A stretch of DNA of 64,000 nucleotides from Blepharisma stoltei ATCC 30299 (GCA_965603825.1 CBFDEM010000055.1:372001-436000), one strand, 5' to 3'; positions 11,476 to 25,232 are shown, numbered from the stretch's first letter. Numbers and translations are program-made. The notes: a model not told the origin generated them from the letters alone.

Positions 11476-14400
11476 ATGACCAAAAATATGTTCTTTAAGG
11501 CTCAAATTATGTTATTTGCCCTCTTTGGCTTATGTCTGCCCCTCGAAGTAATACTATCTCGTTTCGATTTTCCTAAGAATGGCCAAAATTCTATTCAAGA
11601 GGCCTCGATTCAAGAAATTTATCAGTCATTTTCTTCAGTTGAATGGCATGAATGCAACTTTTCGACGATAAGAAATTGTGTTTCTGCTTATCCAAGTAGT
11701 TCAGTATTACTAGATCTTTCAGATTCTTCTGATGCCCAGTCTATTATTTCCCAAGTTTGTGCAGGCTACTCTATGATCCACCTCGTTTACCAAGATGGAT
11801 TTTTATATCAGAACGGGTGGATTTATTCTGTTATCTCTTCGGAAACTGAGCAATTAAACGCTTTTTTAGCTGTCTTAAAGTATTTTGGCTGGAATCAAGG
11901 AATTGTTATTAGCAACCAATATAACTCAAATTGAAAAGAAAAAATTACTAAAAACTATTCAGGACTAGAAGTTTTTAACGTTCAGCTAGGTACAAATATT
12001 AAAGATTTCATAGATAAAATAGTTTTTCCACTAGGTGCAACGCTTTATTACATTTTTACTTGCCCTATTTTGTCATCACAAATTCAGGGTTATATGAAAA
12101 CAAGGAAATTACTGGATAAAGGGCAAGGAATTATTTTGAATCAAGAAAGCGGGTATTGCGAAAATAATGATGGTGCTTTGATAATCGTAAAATCTGGCTA
12201 TGAATTTGTGATTTCAAAGGAGGAATATTTCAAAAAAGCTACAATAGATGCTATTTATTTATTAGAAAAAAATGAAAATTTGAGGGATTACAAAGAGTTT
12301 CTAAACTCTAAATTACAAAGAAGCTATGAAAATCAATTTTCATTAGTTAATATCCAGGGTGGAAAAAGAGTTATTGTAGGCTCTATTATAAACGGAAACG
12401 TTTCCATATCAGGAAATTTAAATTTTCCTGGCCAAACAAGTCAAATCCCAAAGTCAACAAAAAAACTCTTGCAATTAAGCATAAATGCTGGTACCACAAA
12501 TCCTGGGTCATCCCCAATTTATAATGCATTAGTTGGCGCTCGAGGGACTTTTGTAATTCAAAAAAAAATCAATGAAGGAAATGATATCCTATCAAATTTC
12601 CAGCTCGATTTTTTTACCTATGACTGTGGAGTCACTATCTTTAATTCCACTTTTGCCCAAGCTTGCTTCACCAAAAATATAGATAAGCTTGGCTTTGCTC
12701 ACATTGCAGGCTTTTCTTCAATGATGGCTGTTGGGACAATCCAATTATTTGAGAAACTTAATATATCAGTTCCAATAATTGGCGCTGCAAATGCTGATGA
12801 TTTATTGAACTCTACAGCATTATTCCCTATGTATTCAAGAGTCCAGCTATCACAGTCTTTTATTTGTTCAAAATATTTAGTTGTAATTAAAGGAATGGGC
12901 TGGAAAACTGCTGCAGTGTTATATCAGAGTGATATTTGAGGGGTCACTGTTTATTCTCTTGTAAAGCTATTTGCTGAAAAATATGGGATCGAGATTTTAA
13001 ATCCAGAAGAATCAAGACTAATACCAGTCGGACTAGATAGAATTCACAAAAAAAACGTTACAAATCAGTTGAAAAAAGTCATAAATTCACAAGCAAGGCT
13101 CCTAGTTTTACTTGTACAGCATCCATTAGGAAATTATATATTAGAATGGCTTTACGACCTAGGAGCAAGAAAAGGAGACTATGTGGTCTGTGCTGGCTAT
13201 CCAGATCTGCCCACATTTATTTCTATTGATGATGATTATTTATATAAGAGGCTGGAGACTGGAATCCCTATGTTTACAATTGCGGGCGAAACTTGATCAG
13301 AAGAATTTGGTAAAGATATTTATAAAAGAATCCTCACTACTTATAAGTCAGAGCCAAATACTTTTTCCTGTACATATGCTGATGCTACTTATATGATTGC
13401 TAGTGCTTTAGATTTTATGATAAATAGAGGATTAGACTATACTGATTCTAGAAAACTCATGACAACAATAAGAACCACCCAATTTCATGGCTGCACTGGA
13501 CTTGTACAGCTCGAGAAAGGCAGCAATGATAGAATTGTTGATACATTGATAATTGCAGGTGTAAAATTAATTGACGGAACCCCTTCCCTTTACATTATTG
13601 GGGTTTTTCAACCTTTTAGCTCGAAATTAATATCTATAATAAACCCAATGATATACGCTGACGGATCTACCTTAAAACCATCAGAATCCCGTAGCTCTGA
13701 CTATGATTGTCCATTTCCTGACCGAGAAATTCAATCTTTTGATAAAGGTAAAGGCCTTTTATTTGGAATTTGTTTTTCTGTAGCTTTAGTTATGATTATT
13801 ATCACATTTTTTATATGGAAAAGATGGTGGAATGTCTCTATAGAGCCGCTTATCACAAAAGAAGAAATGTCGATCCAAGATTTAATTGTCGGACTTACTA
13901 TTGGAATAGAATTTTTTCAATATGCTGCAATGGGACCAAGTTTTCAGGTTATTAATTCTTTTTTATCAGAGTTAAGCGGATTGCTTTCTATGAAGCTAGA
14001 AGATGTGATAAACCTGAAAAACGGGGTATTTTGGATTGTTGTGGATTTTGTGTTTGGAGGGATTGGAATATGGGTCATTCTTTGTGCTGTTGTAATATTG
14101 GAGCTTGATGACAGAATAAGGTTTCTTTCGATATTTAGGTTTCTAAGGTGGCTTGCTGACTGCTTGATGCCTATTTTAGGAAATCTTTGTTTTATCCCAT
14201 TTACCTCAATATGTCTTGATATATTCCAATGTGACGAATCAATAGGAGACAATTTTACTGATAGCTTTCTTGCTAAAGACTGCTATTATTTCTGCTGAAA
14301 AGGCAAGCATTTAATATACGCGATTATTTCGTTCTTTGCTCTGCTGTTTTATCAGCCATTAGCAGTCTATTGTCGTCCACTTTGGCAAGACCTGCAGCCT

Positions 14401-14889
14401 ACATTGCATGTGTTTACTTCTCCTGTTTTTCTTATGGTAAAAACAGTTATTCAAACAACTTTGATAGTAATGAGTATAACATTGAAAAGATCATACGCAA
14501 TCCCTCATGGGATCATCTTTATCCTTATTATGACAGCTTATACTGTATTTATTTTTAAATTTAAGCCGTATAATTATCCAAGATTTAGCTGATGGCAAGG
14601 TGTAAGTATGATTGGAGTAGTATGGCTTGCTTTATTGTCGATGATTGGGCGAAAAGCTGAAGGCAAAGATCTTTCTGTTGTGCTTTTAATTAGTTTGAAT
14701 GTAGGGTGGATTATTATTATTGGAATTGGGTTTTATGTACAAAATATAAAATATCCGAGTTTGCTTTATAGGAAAAAAGGAATTGATACAACTCACTTGT
14801 TTAAGTTTGCATTCACTTTTGGAAAAAGTTCACAAGCTACACTGTCAAAGATATCGAAAAACTCAGAGACAAAATTTAGTAATTTATAA
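11476..14889 (+). CDS. Large receptor-like membrane protein, copy 1: signal peptide, periplasmic-binding (ANF/Venus-flytrap) ectodomain, ~9 TM
   Basis: Six ORF fragments in one frame, joined by TGA=Trp (1137 aa). VFT-like motifs LNSTALFPMYSRV, MGWKTAAVLY and FHGCTGLVQ. TM module with CD...LAKD..FC[W]KGKH and FKPYNY. Confidence 0.85.
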
Positions 14890-15768
14890 ATATATTTTAG
14901 TGTTTATTTGAGTTTAAATTTTATTTCTTAAACTAGTAAGAAATTTAAAATTTTAATATATAAAGCAAATAAGAAATCAAAGTCCAGAAAGAAAATATGG
15001 ATTCAAACTTCATTAAATTAAGCTGTGAATTATATTAAATAGGCAAGCTAAATACATAGAGATAAACTTTAATATAAATTCAGAATAAATTTATGAAAAA
15101 ATAAAACTTATTTTAACATTTCTCAAACTATGAATTATCTAAAAACAAAATCGATTAATGCGCTGAAGTTTATTTACTTGTAGGAGTTTTGTATTTACTA
15201 AAATTTAATGCTTTAATGAACTGCTGAATAGCATTTGCTGAAACTTTTGTTTCATATCAAATTCATTAAATTAATTTAGGCAATTAAATCCTAATAAATT
15301 AGCAGAATGCGAAAACTCTTTGTTACAAACTGTATCTCATTCAATCCATCTATTTATTAGGTATCTTTGTTCAACCATAAAGTTTATTTTCAATTAAACA
15401 ATAGAAACACCTATTATTTGACAAACTTTTATTAAAGGTCTACCCAAAACTTAATTTAAGTATTACTAGAATTTTATGTTCGATTTTACCTTAAATTTAT
15501 CTCTCTTCGATATGCGCTGTATAATAATCATCTTCTCTATGCTTTACACAAAAATACCTTTTACATTACTTAATTATCATATCTAAATGACCGATAACTA
15601 GTTTTCTTTTTCAGCGCTATTCCAAATAATCTATCACAAATTTCTCTGCTCTTAAGCAACATATAAATGTCTCTAGCGTCAATAATTTTATAACAAATTT
15701 TTCTAGATTTTTTTTATTTTAAAGTTGTGGAAACCTAATAGCAATTAATACACAATATAACCAAAAAT

Positions 15769-18700
15769 ATGTTCTTTAAGGCATCATTTTCTCCTCAAAT
15801 CATGTTATTTGCCCTCTTTGGCTTATGTCTGCCCCTCGAAGTAATACTATCTCGTTTCGATTTTCCTAAGAATGGCCAAAATTCTATTCAAGAGGCCTCG
15901 ATTCAAGAAATTTACCAATCATTTTCTTCAGTTGAATGGCATGAATGCAACTTTTCGACTATAAGAAGTTGCGTTTCTGATTATCCAAGTAGTTCAGTAT
16001 TACTAGATCTTTCGGATTCTTCTGATGCCCAGTCTATTATTTCCCAAGTTTGTGCAGGCTACTCTATGATCCACCTCGTTTACCAAGATGGATTTTTATA
16101 TCAGAACGGGTGGACTTATTCTGTTATCTCGTCAGAAACTGAGCAATTAAACGCTTTTTTATCAGTCTTAAAGTATTTTGGCTGGAATCAAGGAATTGTT
16201 ATTAGCAACCAATATAACTCAAATTGAAAAGAAAAAATTACTGAAAACTATTCAGGATTAGAAGTTTTTAACGTTCAGCTAGGTACAAATATTAAAGATT
16301 TCATTGATAAAATAGTTTTTCCACTAGGTGCAACGCTTTATTACGTTTTCACTTACCCTATCTTGTCGTCACAAATTCAGGGTTATATGAAAATAAGGAA
16401 ATTACTGGATAAAGGGCAAGGAATTATTTTGAATCAAGAAAGCGGGTATTGCGAAAATAATGATGGTGCTTTAATAATAGTAAAATCTGGCTATGAATTT
16501 GTGATTTCAAAGGAGGAATATTTCAAAAAAGCTACAATAGATGCTATTTATTTATTAGAAAAAAATGAAAATTTGAAGGATTACAAAGAGTTTCTAAACT
16601 CTAAATTACAAAGAAGCTATGAAAATCAATTTTCATTAGTTAATATCCAGGATGGAAAAAGAGTTATTGTAGGTTCTATCATCAACGGCAACGTTTCCAT
16701 ATCAGGAAATTTAAATTTTCCTGGCCAAACAAGTCAAATCCCAAAGTCAACAAAAAAACTCTTGCAATTAAGCATAAATGCAGGCACCACAAATCCTGGG
16801 TCATCCCCAATTTATAATGCATTAGTTGGCGCTCGAGGGACTTTTGCAATTCAAAAAAAAATCAATGAAGGAAATGATATCCTATCAAACTTCCAACTCG
16901 ATTTTTTCACCTATGACTGCGGAGTCACTATCTTTAATTCCACTTTTGCCCAAGCTTGCTTCACCAAAAATATAGACAAGGTTGGCTTTGCTCACATTGC
17001 AGGCTTTTCTTCAATGGTGGCTGTTGGGACAATCCAATTATTTGGAAAACTTAATATTTCAGTTCCTATAATTGGTGCTGCAAATGGTGATGATTTACTG
17101 AACTCTACAGCTTTATTCCCAATGTATTCAAGAGTCCAGCTATCACAGTCTTTTATTTGTTCAAAATATCTAGTTGTAATTAGAGGAATGGGCTGGAAAA
17201 CTGCTGCAGTGTTATATCAGAAGGATCTTTGAGGGGCCACTGTTTATTCTCTTGTAAAGCTATTTGCTGAAAAATATGGGATCGAAATTTTAAATCCAGA
17301 AGAATCAAGATCAATACCAGTCGGATTAGATAGAACTCACATAAAAAACGCTACAAATCAGCTGAAAAAAGTCATAAATTCACAAGCAAGGCTTTTAGTT
17401 TTACTTGTACAACATCCGCTAGGAAATTATATATTAGAATGGCTTTATGACTTAGGGGCAAGAAAAGGAGACTTTGTAATCTGTGCTGGCTTTCCAGATC
17501 TGCCCTTATTTATTTCTATTCAGGATGATTATTTATATAAGAGGCTGGAGACTGGAATCCCTATGTTTACTATTTTAGGCGAAACTTGGTCAGAGGAATT
17601 TGGTAAAGATATTTATAAAAGAATCCTCACTAATTATAAGTCAGAGCCAAATACTTTTTCCTGCACATATGCTGATGCTACTTATATGATTGCTATTGCT
17701 TTAGATTTTATGATAAATAGAGGATTAGACTATACTGATTCTAGAAAACTCATGACAGCAATAAGAAGCACCCAATTTCATGGCTGCACTGGACTTGTAC
17801 AGCTCGAGAAAGGCAGCAATGATAGAATTGTTGATACATTGATAATTGCAGGTGTAAAATTAATTGATGAAACCCCTTCCCTTTACTCCATTGGGGTTTT
17901 TCAACCTTTTAGCTCGAAATTAATATCTATTATAAATCCAATGATATACGCTGACGGGTCTACCTTAAAACCATCTGAATACCGCAGCTCTGACTATGAT
18001 TGTCCATTTCCTGACCGAGAAATTAAATCCTTTGATAAAGGTAAAGGCCTTTTATTTGGAATTTGTTTTTCTGTAGCTTTAGTTATGATTATTATCACAT
18101 TTTTTATATGGAAAAGATGGTGGAATGTCTCTATAGAGCCGCTTATCACAAAAGAAGAAATGTCGATCCAAGATTTAATTGTCGGACTTACTATTGGAAT
18201 AGAATTTTTTCAATATGCAGCCATGGGACCAAGTTTTAAGGCTATTAATACTTTTTTATCAGATTTAAGTGGATTGCTTTCTATGAAGCTAGAAGATGTG
18301 ATAAAACTGAAAAACGGGGTATTTTGGATTGTTGTGGATTTTGTGTTTGGAGGGATTGGAATATGGGTCATTCTTTGTGCTGTTGTAATATTGGAGCTTG
18401 ATGACAGAATAAGGTTTCTTTCGATATTTAGGTATCTAAGGTGGCTTGCTGACTGCTTGATGCCTATTTTAGGAAATCTTTGTTTTATCCCATTTACCTC
18501 AATATGTCTTGATATATTCCAATGTGACGAATCAATAGGAGACAATTTTACTGATAGCTTTCTTGCTAAAGACTGCTATTATTTCTGCTGAAAAGGCAAG
18601 CATTTAATATACGCGATTATGTCGTTCTTTGCTCTGCTGTTTTATCAGCCATTAGCAGTCTATTGTCGTCCTCTTTGGCAAGACCTGCAGCCTACATTGC

Positions 18701-19173
18701 ATGTGTTTACTTCTCCTGTTTTTCTTATGGTAAAAACAGTTATTCAAACAACTTTGATAGTAATGAGTATAACATTGAAAAGATCATACGCAATCCCTCA
18801 TGGGATCATCTTTATCCTTATTATGACAGCTTATACTGTATTTATTTTTAAATTTAAGCCGTATAATTATCCAAGATTTAGCTGATGGCAAGGTGTAAGT
18901 ATGATTGGAGTAGTATGGCTTGCTTTATTGTCGATGATTGGGCGAAAAGCTGAAGGCAAAGATCTTTCTGTTGTGCTTTTAATTAGTTTGAATGTAGGGT
19001 GGATTATTATTATTGGAATTGGGTTTTATGTACAAAATATAAAATATCCGAGTTTGCTTTATAGGAAAAAAGGAATTGATACAAGTCACTTGTTTAAGTT
19101 TGCATTCACTTTTGGAAAAAGTTCACAAATTACACTGTCAAAGATATCGAAAAGCTCACTGATGAAATTGTAG
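15769..19173 (+). CDS. Receptor-like membrane protein, copy 2 (tandem paralog)
   Basis: Near-identical to copy 1 at an offset of ~4293 nt; one frame with TGA=Trp; ends TAG. Confidence 0.85.
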
Positions 19174-19926
19174 TAATTTATAAATACATTTTAATATTTA
19201 TTTGCAATTAAATTTTATTTCTTAAATTACTAGAAATTTAAAATTTTAATACATAAAACAAGCGTTTTACACATAAAAAATCATCAGAAAGAAAAATGGA
19301 TTCAAAGTTTAATTAATTAAGCTGTGAATTATATTAATAGGCAAGCTGAAATTCATCGAGATAAACTCGAATATAAATTCAGAGCATATTTATAAAAAAT
19401 AAAATTTATTTTAACATTTCTCAAATTATTTAAAACAAAATCAATTAATGTGCTGAAGTTTATTTACTTGTAGAAGTTCTGTATTTACTAAAATTCAATG
19501 CTTTTAATGAACTGCTGAATAGAATTTGCTAAAATTTTTATTTCATATCAAATTTATAAATTAATTTAGGCAATTAAATCCTAATAAATAAGTAGAATAT
19601 GGAACCTTTTTTGTCACACACTGTATCTCATTCAATCCCATATCTATATTAGATATCTTTGTTCAATCATAAAGCATATTTTCAATTAAGAAATAGAAGC
19701 ACCTATCATTTGACAAACTTTTATTAAAGGTCTCTCGAAAACTTAATTTAAGTATTACTAGAATTTTATGTTCGATTTTATCTTAAATTTATCTCTCTTA
19801 GCTTTTTCAACATATTTTATTCTTTTTTACTATTTTCTTATGGCTATCTATTGATGTTGCAACAATGAAAATTCTTTCCTAAGCGTTCCAAAGATTTTTA
19901 GATAGAAAATGAGCTTATAAAAATAA

Positions 19927-20202
19927 ATGGCTTCAATTGAAGAAATTCTCGCTGACGACGCCAAACTCACAGAAGTAACCAAGGCAGTCTTTGACCAAGT
20001 AGATGCTGATCAATCAGGCACAATCGATAAAAGAGAGCTCAAGAATGCTATGCAGCAAGTTGCCCGTGAAGCTAATATTGAGCCACCAACTGACCACGCT
20101 GTTGACCAAGCTCTTCACGCTCTTGACGCTGATGGAAGTGGAACAATCGATGTCAATGAATTCAAGGTCCTCATCAGACAACTCTTGGAAGCCTTAAAAT
20201 AA
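19927..20202 (+). CDS. Small two-EF-hand Ca2+-binding protein
   Basis: Canonical loops DADQSGTIDKRE and DADGSGTIDVNE. Confidence 0.92.
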   Translation: MASIEEILADDAKLTEVTKAVFDQVDADQSGTIDKRELKNAMQQVAREANIEPPTDHAVDQALHALDADGSGTIDVNEFKVLIRQLLEALK

Positions 20203-20504
20203 AACAATAGATTAACTCTTAACCTAAACATTTTAGAAAAAACTCGTAAGTAAGTGTAAGGAAACCAAGATTTTATTCGCTCACTTGAAGCAGCCTTAAA
20301 CAGGTAAGAATATATAAGTTTGCATGCTGGAGACATAAAAGAACATTCTCGATTATTAAAGCTATATGTCATTTATTAAAGCTTTAGCTAGAAATATAAT
20401 TTTGGCTGTAAACTCAACTTTAAGAAATTAATAGAAACTTTTTCTTTTCTATTTCCAATGCTATTAGACTAAATAAACAGATAGCTTTTCTTAATAAAAA
20501 ATAT

Positions 20505-20936
20505 ATGGAACACTTATTTGGACCAACACTTATCGGGAAGCATGGACCTGTCCCAGTTGCATCTCTTGCGAACACTAAATACGTCTTAATTTATTTTTCA
20601 GCACATTGGTGTCCTCCTTGCAGAGCTTTTACTCCTAAACTTGCTTTGTTTTATGAATCAGTGAACTCAGCCCACAAGCAAGTGGAAATCATTTTCTCCA
20701 GCGCTGATAGGTCTCCTGACCAGTTTCAAGAATACTTTGAATCGATGCCTTGGCTAGCAATTCCATTTGCAGACGCGGCTCACAGAAATGGTGTTGCCCA
20801 AAGGTTTGGTATCTCAGGAATCCCAGCTTTGCTGCTGATTGATAGAGAAGGAAATGTAAAGAGATCACAATGCAGAGAAGACGTTATGGCAAAAGGACCT
20901 TTGGCTCTGGCAGATTGGGATAGCGCTTTACGCTAA
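20505..20936 (+). CDS. Nucleoredoxin/tryparedoxin-like thioredoxin
   Basis: YFSAHWCPPCRAFTP, MPWLAIPF and GIPALLLID. Confidence 0.92.
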   Translation: MEHLFGPTLIGKHGPVPVASLANTKYVLIYFSAHWCPPCRAFTPKLALFYESVNSAHKQVEIIFSSADRSPDQFQEYFESMPWLAIPFADAAHRNGVAQRFGISGIPALLLIDREGNVKRSQCREDVMAKGPLALADWDSALR

Positions 20937-21212
20937 TTAATTAGTTCCTAATTAGGATTGAAGATAATTCGATTTCAATATTTTTCTGATATAAATGTTA
21001 TGAAATAGGTATAATGATTTTAAAATGATTTGACTGAGAGAAAAGTGCTTTTTATTAATAAAATATTCATTGGTAAATGAGTCTTTATTAGACTTAATGA
21101 CTTTGAAACGCTCTTTAGTGTAATATTTAAATTAGATTAGGCTTATAGATATATTTTGCAAAAGATAAAAATAATCAATATAAAAATTAATTATTTATTA
21201 ATAAAATTGTAT

Positions 21213-22307
21213 TTACTTAACAGAACACCCTTCTCCACAATTTTCTGCATAGACATCAGATATCAATTTTTTAAGTTCATCCATATCTGATTTTATATTT
21301 TTTGCCATTATTCTGCACTTTTCCCATTGGTTCCCTGTATCTAATTGCTTTCTTTCTGTTAATCCGAGTAAAAAAACTAAATCAACTTTGTGTTCTGTAT
21401 ACATAGCATTTGTGATTTTCAGTAGTTGAGAAAGTTCCATCATTATAATGTACAAATCGTTTCCCAATTCAGAAACCTTATTGTTTGGGATTTCTGAAGC
21501 TTTTTCACTAAGGCTTTGTATCTCTTCTTTCAACAGCTCATTTTCTTCAATGAGCAAGTTCAAGAAAACTTGATTTTCTTGCTGTTCAGTAATGATTGTT
21601 AAATGGGATCTCATTTCTTTTAGAATTCTATTTTCTCTTTGACAATTATATATAATTTTTGCCATTTCATTTACTTTACTTTGTAGCTTGGATTTTTCAG
21701 CGGTAACTTCATCAATTTTTTTCTTGTATTGTTCTTCTTTATTGCTTAAAAAATCCATCACTATTTGAGGCTCATAATTAGAATATACGTTTTTTGTGTT
21801 TTCCATATTTTCAGCACCATAATCTTCCATTTTTTTCGATTGTCCTTTCGAAAGCTGAGCCTCACAAAAGTTTTTATTTTTTAACATGTCATTTATTTGA
21901 TTTTCAAGCTCAAAAATTTTAGAGTTTTTTTCATTTATCTCTTTCTGCATCCTTTCAATAGTTAAACTTTTTTTATTTAGTTCAATTTCTAAAGAACTTT
22001 TTTGCAAGCTTGTTTTAAGGTTGCTATTTCTCTCAATAATTGTTTCTAGTTCCTTAAAAATATGTTTTTCCTTCTTATTTGTGCGGGAGCATGCATCATT
22101 GAAACTAGAGGCTGCTTTTTTATTTGGGGAGTTGGCTTCACTTGTGCTAAAAGAAGAACTTGGGCTGCGATGCTTATCCAGAGAAATTCTAGGTTTTAGC
22201 CTAGGTGTTAGAAGATTGCCAAAAGTTACTTCTGAACGACAGTGATAATGTGGTAAAGCATCTTTATAAGAAATCGTTGTGAGACTTTTCTTCTTTCTCT
22301 CTGACAT
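21213..22307 (-). CDS. Coiled-coil protein of unknown function
   Basis: 364-aa intact ORF, heptad-rich, ending YAENCGEGCSVK. Confidence 0.75.
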   Translation of the reverse strand: MSERKKKSLTTISYKDALPHYHCRSEVTFGNLLTPRLKPRISLDKHRSPSSSFSTSEANSPNKKAASSFNDACSRTNKKEKHIFKELETIIERNSNLKTSLQKSSLEIELNKKSLTIERMQKEINEKNSKIFELENQINDMLKNKNFCEAQLSKGQSKKMEDYGAENMENTKNVYSNYEPQIVMDFLSNKEEQYKKKIDEVTAEKSKLQSKVNEMAKIIYNCQRENRILKEMRSHLTIITEQQENQVFLNLLIEENELLKEEIQSLSEKASEIPNNKVSELGNDLYIIMMELSQLLKITNAMYTEHKVDLVFLLGLTERKQLDTGNQWEKCRIMAKNIKSDMDELKKLISDVYAENCGEGCSVK

Positions 22308-22344
22308 TTATTTTTTCCGATATAAGTCCCGATAATTATTTAAA

Positions 22345-23649
22345 ATGATTCAGTATAACATTGCTTCTATATCTACCAGATCCACAGGCTCAGGATTAAA
22401 AATTCATGATTTACAAATGGCATGTCGTTTAGGTGACTTAGATGCAATAAGAGAAGCTTATAGGGCAAACCCAGACTCTATTAATATAAAAGACGACAGT
22501 CTGGGATGGACTCCTTTATATAGGACAATAATATCAGGGAGCATCAACGCAGCCGAATTTTTATTAAAACGCAATGCTAATCCTAATATCAAAAATAATT
22601 TAGGTGAAACTCCATTACACCAAACAGCTGATAATTCTCAATATGGACTTGCGGAGCTACTATTAAAATACAAAGCAGACCCAAATATCCAGCAAAATGA
22701 TGGGGATACCCCGTTACACCATGCAGCTTATCGAGGAGATACCAAAATGGTCGAAATTTTATTAAAAAATGATTCAGATCCAAATATCCCAAATTTTATG
22801 TTTGGCCGAACACCGCTACATTATGCAGCTGACAATAACTATTTAGAAACTATGAAAACTTTATTAGAGTTTGGAGGAGATCTATATTATTCTGATAAAC
22901 AAGGTAAAACACCGATTGATCTTATTGATGATAAAACCTCAGCCAATTTTTTAAAAAATATATGAATAAGAAATAGAAAAACGAATGAAGATATTCGGCC
23001 TGTCCTAAATAGTGATGTCGGGATTGAGCCTGAATGTGAGGTAAGCGAAATCAGAAAAGAAGAAAAACCCTTATATATTTGACTAGAAAAATATAATTTA
23101 CAAGACATGTATGACAAACTCTGTGAAGCTGGGTTTGATGACCTAGAAAACATTGCTTCACAAATGCAATCTTCACTACCACTCAAAATCGATGACTTAA
23201 AAAGGATTGGAATCGCAAAAATCGGGTACATCTATAAGTTTTTGCTTAATATCAATCACGATTCTTCCTCAATAACTACACACAGTTCACTATTCAAATC
23301 AAGTACTCATTTTCACCCTTGTGGATGCTGCTCTACAAAGAAAAATACAGAAAAGAAGAAAAAAGTGCCGACACTGAAGGTTTGGCTTGAAAGTTTAAAT
23401 TTGTCAGAGCTAAAGGACAAGTTTGAAGAAGCAGGATTTGAGGACTTTGAAACAATAATTAGGCTGATGAATTCAAAATATCCTGTTACTGATTCATTAT
23501 TAGAAGAAATTGGGATTCAGAAGTTAGGGCATAGGATAAGGATTTTAGCGAATTTACAAGATGCTGAAAACACAAAAGAACTAAATAGTAGTTTTATTAT
23601 TGATAGAACAAGCAATAAAACATCATGCGAAAAATGTATTTTAATGTAA
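22345..23649 (+). CDS. Ankyrin-repeat + two SAM domains + CaaX (434 aa)
   Basis: Ankyrin repeats GWTPL/GETPLH/GDTPLH/GRTPLH. SAM motifs [W]LEKYNL...LKRIGI and WLESLNL...LEEIGIQKLGHRIRIL. C-terminal CILM. TGA is read through near 22963 and 23080. Confidence 0.88.
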
Positions 23650-24196
23650 CACATAGCTAATATTAAAATAATGCTGCTGGAATTTATTATTTTTTTAATC
23701 TAAAATCAGAAATCTTTTCATCAGCAATTACAGAAGCTGATAGGTATTTATTTTTAAAATAAATCTTCGATGTAAGCAATTAAAAATCAATGAATAGCAG
23801 ATTATTTTTAATTGATGCTAGAAGAACTGATCAGAAAATATTTTTGATTATTATTGACCAGAAATCAGTCAAATAAAAAATTAAAACGTTTTTAAGTTAA
23901 GCTATCAGAATCTGCTCAATAATGAATTAATATACTTCAAATATGTCGTAACCCCAAAACCAATCAGTTCAATCCAAAATTAATCCAAAAACTTCGTAAG
24001 CTTTTCTTCTACCATTTCTGATGATATATTCAGGTAAACTCTTCAGAAATCTCTAACGCAAATCAAGCCAATTTCACCCCATCTTCTCATAGTTACTAAA
24101 AAACGCTTGCTCTTTCCCTATTAATCTTTTCACATAAATATCTTACCTACGTCATAAAATTAAGCTTAAATTTGTCCTTAATTCACATAAAAAATA

Positions 24197-25210
24197 ATGC
24201 AAAATCCTAATCATAAATGCATAGATTCTGGTACGTTGTCTGGATATGTAAAAATGTCACATGGAGATCGGAAGGCCTGAAACCAAGATGTAACCCTTAT
24301 TTAGGAAGATGATGCCATCAAAGCTCTTGTCGAAGAATTCGGAGTCAAGCATTGGACACTCATTGCACAACTGCTTGTAGATAGATATGGGATTAAAGGC
24401 AGGTACATTTTATGCAGAACTGGCAAGCAGTGCAGAGAACGTTGGCACAATCACTTGGATCCACAAATAAAAAAAGACACATGGACTAAAGAAGAAGAAG
24501 ACACAATCTTTGAATATCAGAAAACTTATGGAAACAGATGGTCAGAAATAGCAAAATTTCTTCCAGGCCGATCTGATAATGCAATAAAGAACCATTTCTA
24601 TAGTACGATTCGCAAGAACTTAAGGAGATACAATAGAAAACGCCGCCCTGAAGAGAAAATCTCTGGGCCTATAAAGCAAATTCTTCAAGATCAAGACTTG
24701 ATGGAAATCTTGATGGCATACCCAGAAAAAGTTTCTAATAAAAACAAGACACTCTCAAGTGAGCCTAAGCAACTGTAAGTCATAATTAGGAGAAGGTCAA
24801 GCCGAATTATTGATAGGAAAGACACAAAACCACAAATTAGCATAGAAACTGATATAAACGATAACGAGGTCCCATCCATTTTATGTTCACTTTATGATAC
24901 ACCTAAGGAAAATGCTCACAAGAAGTTAGTTACACCATCGATGAATGGGGCTAGCTTCGAAAGCTCTAGGACTACTCCTAGCAGCATGATAACTCCGTCA
25001 AAGCTTATTAGGTTTCCTGATCAGGGCTGTTTTTTCAATTTTCAAGAGAAGAATCAAGAAGAAAACCAACCAGACACAAATGAAGACCCACCGGTTAGAT
25101 CAGATTCTTCGCAAACAGTCACCCTGGAGCCAGCCAAAACTAAAGTTATCCCACAATTTTCGATCCCAAAACCTGAATATTTACCTTACACAGCAGAAGA
25201 GCATCAATAA
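24197..25210 (+). CDS. R2R3 Myb transcription factor, three 15-nt introns
   Basis: After splicing: RKA[W]NQDEDDAI...KHWTLIA...[17 protein letters not shown]...WTKEEE...[23 protein letters not shown]. Alternative start at 24254. Confidence 0.9.
24290..24304 (+). other. 15-nt spliceosomal intron GTAACCCTTATTTAG
   Basis: GT-AG with A at -6. Removal deletes an in-frame TAG and restores Myb WNQDED. Confidence 0.9.
24403..24417 (+). other. 15-nt intron GTACATTTTATGCAG
   Basis: Removal restores the canonical [11 protein letters not shown]; A at -6. Confidence 0.85.
24775..24789 (+). other. 15-nt intron GTAAGTCATAATTAG
   Basis: Removal deletes an in-frame TAA and links to ORF 24941..25210. Confidence 0.88.
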
Positions 25211-25232
25211 TTAATTAGAAATTGTATTAAAT

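Larger units (their letters stand above)
11223..19800 (+). repeat. Direct tandem duplication of a ~4.29-kb unit (gene plus both flanks), junction near 15505
   Basis: Upstream flank at 11240 matches 15521. Downstream flank 14890-15505 matches 19175-19800. CTTAG occurs at both outer ends. Confidence 0.9.

Noticed and set aside
11476-19173. Fragmented ORFs read as pseudogenes or operon-like gene strings
   Set aside because: All breaks are same-frame TGA codons, which encode Trp in this genome.
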